Positions 62,455 to 64,000 of a DNA stretch of 64,000 nucleotides are shown piece after piece. A program made the position numbers and the translations under genes. The stretch's first letter is position 1. The number at the start of each line of letters is the position of its first letter. Location: assembly GCF_009914755.1 (NCBI RefSeq), contig NC_060928.1, one strand, 5' to 3'. The DNA is from the human T2T-CHM13v2.0 reference genome, Homo sapiens. The notes below the pieces were generated by a model. That model saw only the letters and a program-made list of their open reading frames with translations, was not told the DNA's origin and did not search any database.

Positions 62455-62670
62455 AATATAATAATCATGAATATTCATTGAGCTCTTGCTATATGCCAGA
62501 TACTGCTCCTAAAAGCTCTTTGAAGATGCTCTCGCTTAATCTTCACAGCAGGTCTATGCCAAAACACTCTTATCCCCATTTTATAGATGAGAGGCTATGA
62601 GAACTGCCTAGATATAGCAGAGCTGGGATTTGAACTCAGGAAGCTCACTCTAGAGCCTATGCTCTTAATG
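62455..62670 (-). mobile_element. MIR
   Basis: ATTCATTGAGCTCTTGCTATATGCCAG...TATCCCCATTTTATAGATGAG...GGGATTTGAACTCAGG. Confidence 0.8.
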
Positions 62671-64000
62671 ATAAGTTAATGGATCATGAGGCGCATTGCC
62701 ACACCCATCTAGACTTGGGACTTGGTTTTCTCTGTGTATAATTCTGCTTTTGTACACTTTAGCATTGAATCTGATTTTGAAACAGTTACTACACAAGATC
62801 CATCTAGTTTCATACTCTGTGTCTTCAATTTTATTAAATCCCAAACTAAACATAAAATTACATGTGGGTACCACTGAAACCTGTACCCAGGAAGGTTCAA
62901 AATGATGCATCTTTTCAACGTTTTCATAAAGCAAACATGAAACACTAAGTGATTAACAGAGAGACTATATACAGTGTGACCAACAGGTATTTATTTATCT
63001 GAGCCATCATGCTTACTACCTGGGGCCACTGAGGGAACTGTATCTTTGAAAAAAACCCTAACTAGATTCAAAGTTCTCACTTTGCAGTAGCAAGATACAA
63101 CCTTTCTTTTAGAATCAGGGCCAAGGCACTCTTTAACTTTTCTAAACTCCTATGAAAATAGTCATTTCACAGATGCTTTTCCTTTTTCAAATAGCCTCTT
63201 GTTTTCTGAAAGGACAGACTACAGAGGAGGAAAAGGGCAGCCACATATTGTATACATGATTGATTGTACAAAAAGAAGTTACTAAACAGCTGGAGGGGGC
63301 GATTCAGTAGTAAAGGAAAATAGAAAGTAGTCAGTCTCTAGGTTAGCCATTGCATTTTATTGTATAAATAGCATTCTAACTTGGAAAGGATGCCCCTGAG
63401 GTAGAAATGAGTCTATTTTTCTAGGCTCCCCAAAGTGCAGTCTACGATCCAAAGATAATTGCATCATGATTTAGTCATAAAACACACACCACTGTGATGA
63501 CTATGTATTTAACACACAGCAAGTCAACAGACAACTATACCCTTTTTATACATGTACTATGGCATGGCATACTAAGATGTCACAAGATATTTGCTCTCGT
63601 TTTCTCTTTTCTTTCAACTGTTGGTATTTGTGTTTATTTTATATATATACACATACACATGTATATACTATATAAAACATACATAATAAACACTAACTTT
63701 ATCATTACAAGTGAAACATACAATGTTTAATTTAGACTGATCATGATTATTTTAAACACTAACAGTATGTTTCACAGGAAGGATGAAATCAAAAGAAATA
63801 CAATGCTAAAAAACTGCTTATTTTATTTCATTCACCAATCTATGTATTACCTGAAACCTGAAGTGTGATTAAAGCAAAGTGATTTCATTTCATGGGGATC
63901 CACAGCAGACTCTGAGGCAATTCCAAAAGAGGACTCCCAAAATTATGACTATTAATATTGAGACAGTGCAACATGCTGAAGCAGGTGCAGAGATCCCAAG

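Overview
Primate (hominid-like, probably human) genomic DNA, almost all intron-like or intergenic. No protein-coding exon is recognisable. The long ORFs in the supplied track come from Alu, microsatellite, LTR or DNA-transposon sequence. The window holds about 40 Alu copies (several nested or in inverted pairs), a 5'-truncated L1PA2-type insertion and older L1M/L2/MIR relics. It also holds solo LTRs (MER52, THE1, LTR26-like, MLT1/MST, LTR33-like), DNA-transposon fossils (Charlie1 with transposase remnant, MER44, MER33, MER5, MER81) and one 5S rRNA pseudogene (43968-44089). Most L1/LTR elements lie on +, and several good splice donors lie on -, which suggests a large intron of a minus-strand gene that I cannot name. 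The most unusual structures not explained by TEs are: (i) a dispersed 34-bp duplicate carrying a CTCF-like core, plus a third co-oriented CTCF motif (25.7, 30.3 and 34.4 kb); (ii) a perfect 45-bp dispersed duplicate of a candidate micro-exon and its donor (26976/28832); (iii) a candidate alternative first exon at about 40.1 kb; (iv) a 5S pseudogene with a pyrimidine tail instead of poly(A). I found no convincing new biological system. Repeat family names come from recalled consensus sequences, and boundaries are approximate unless TSDs are cited.
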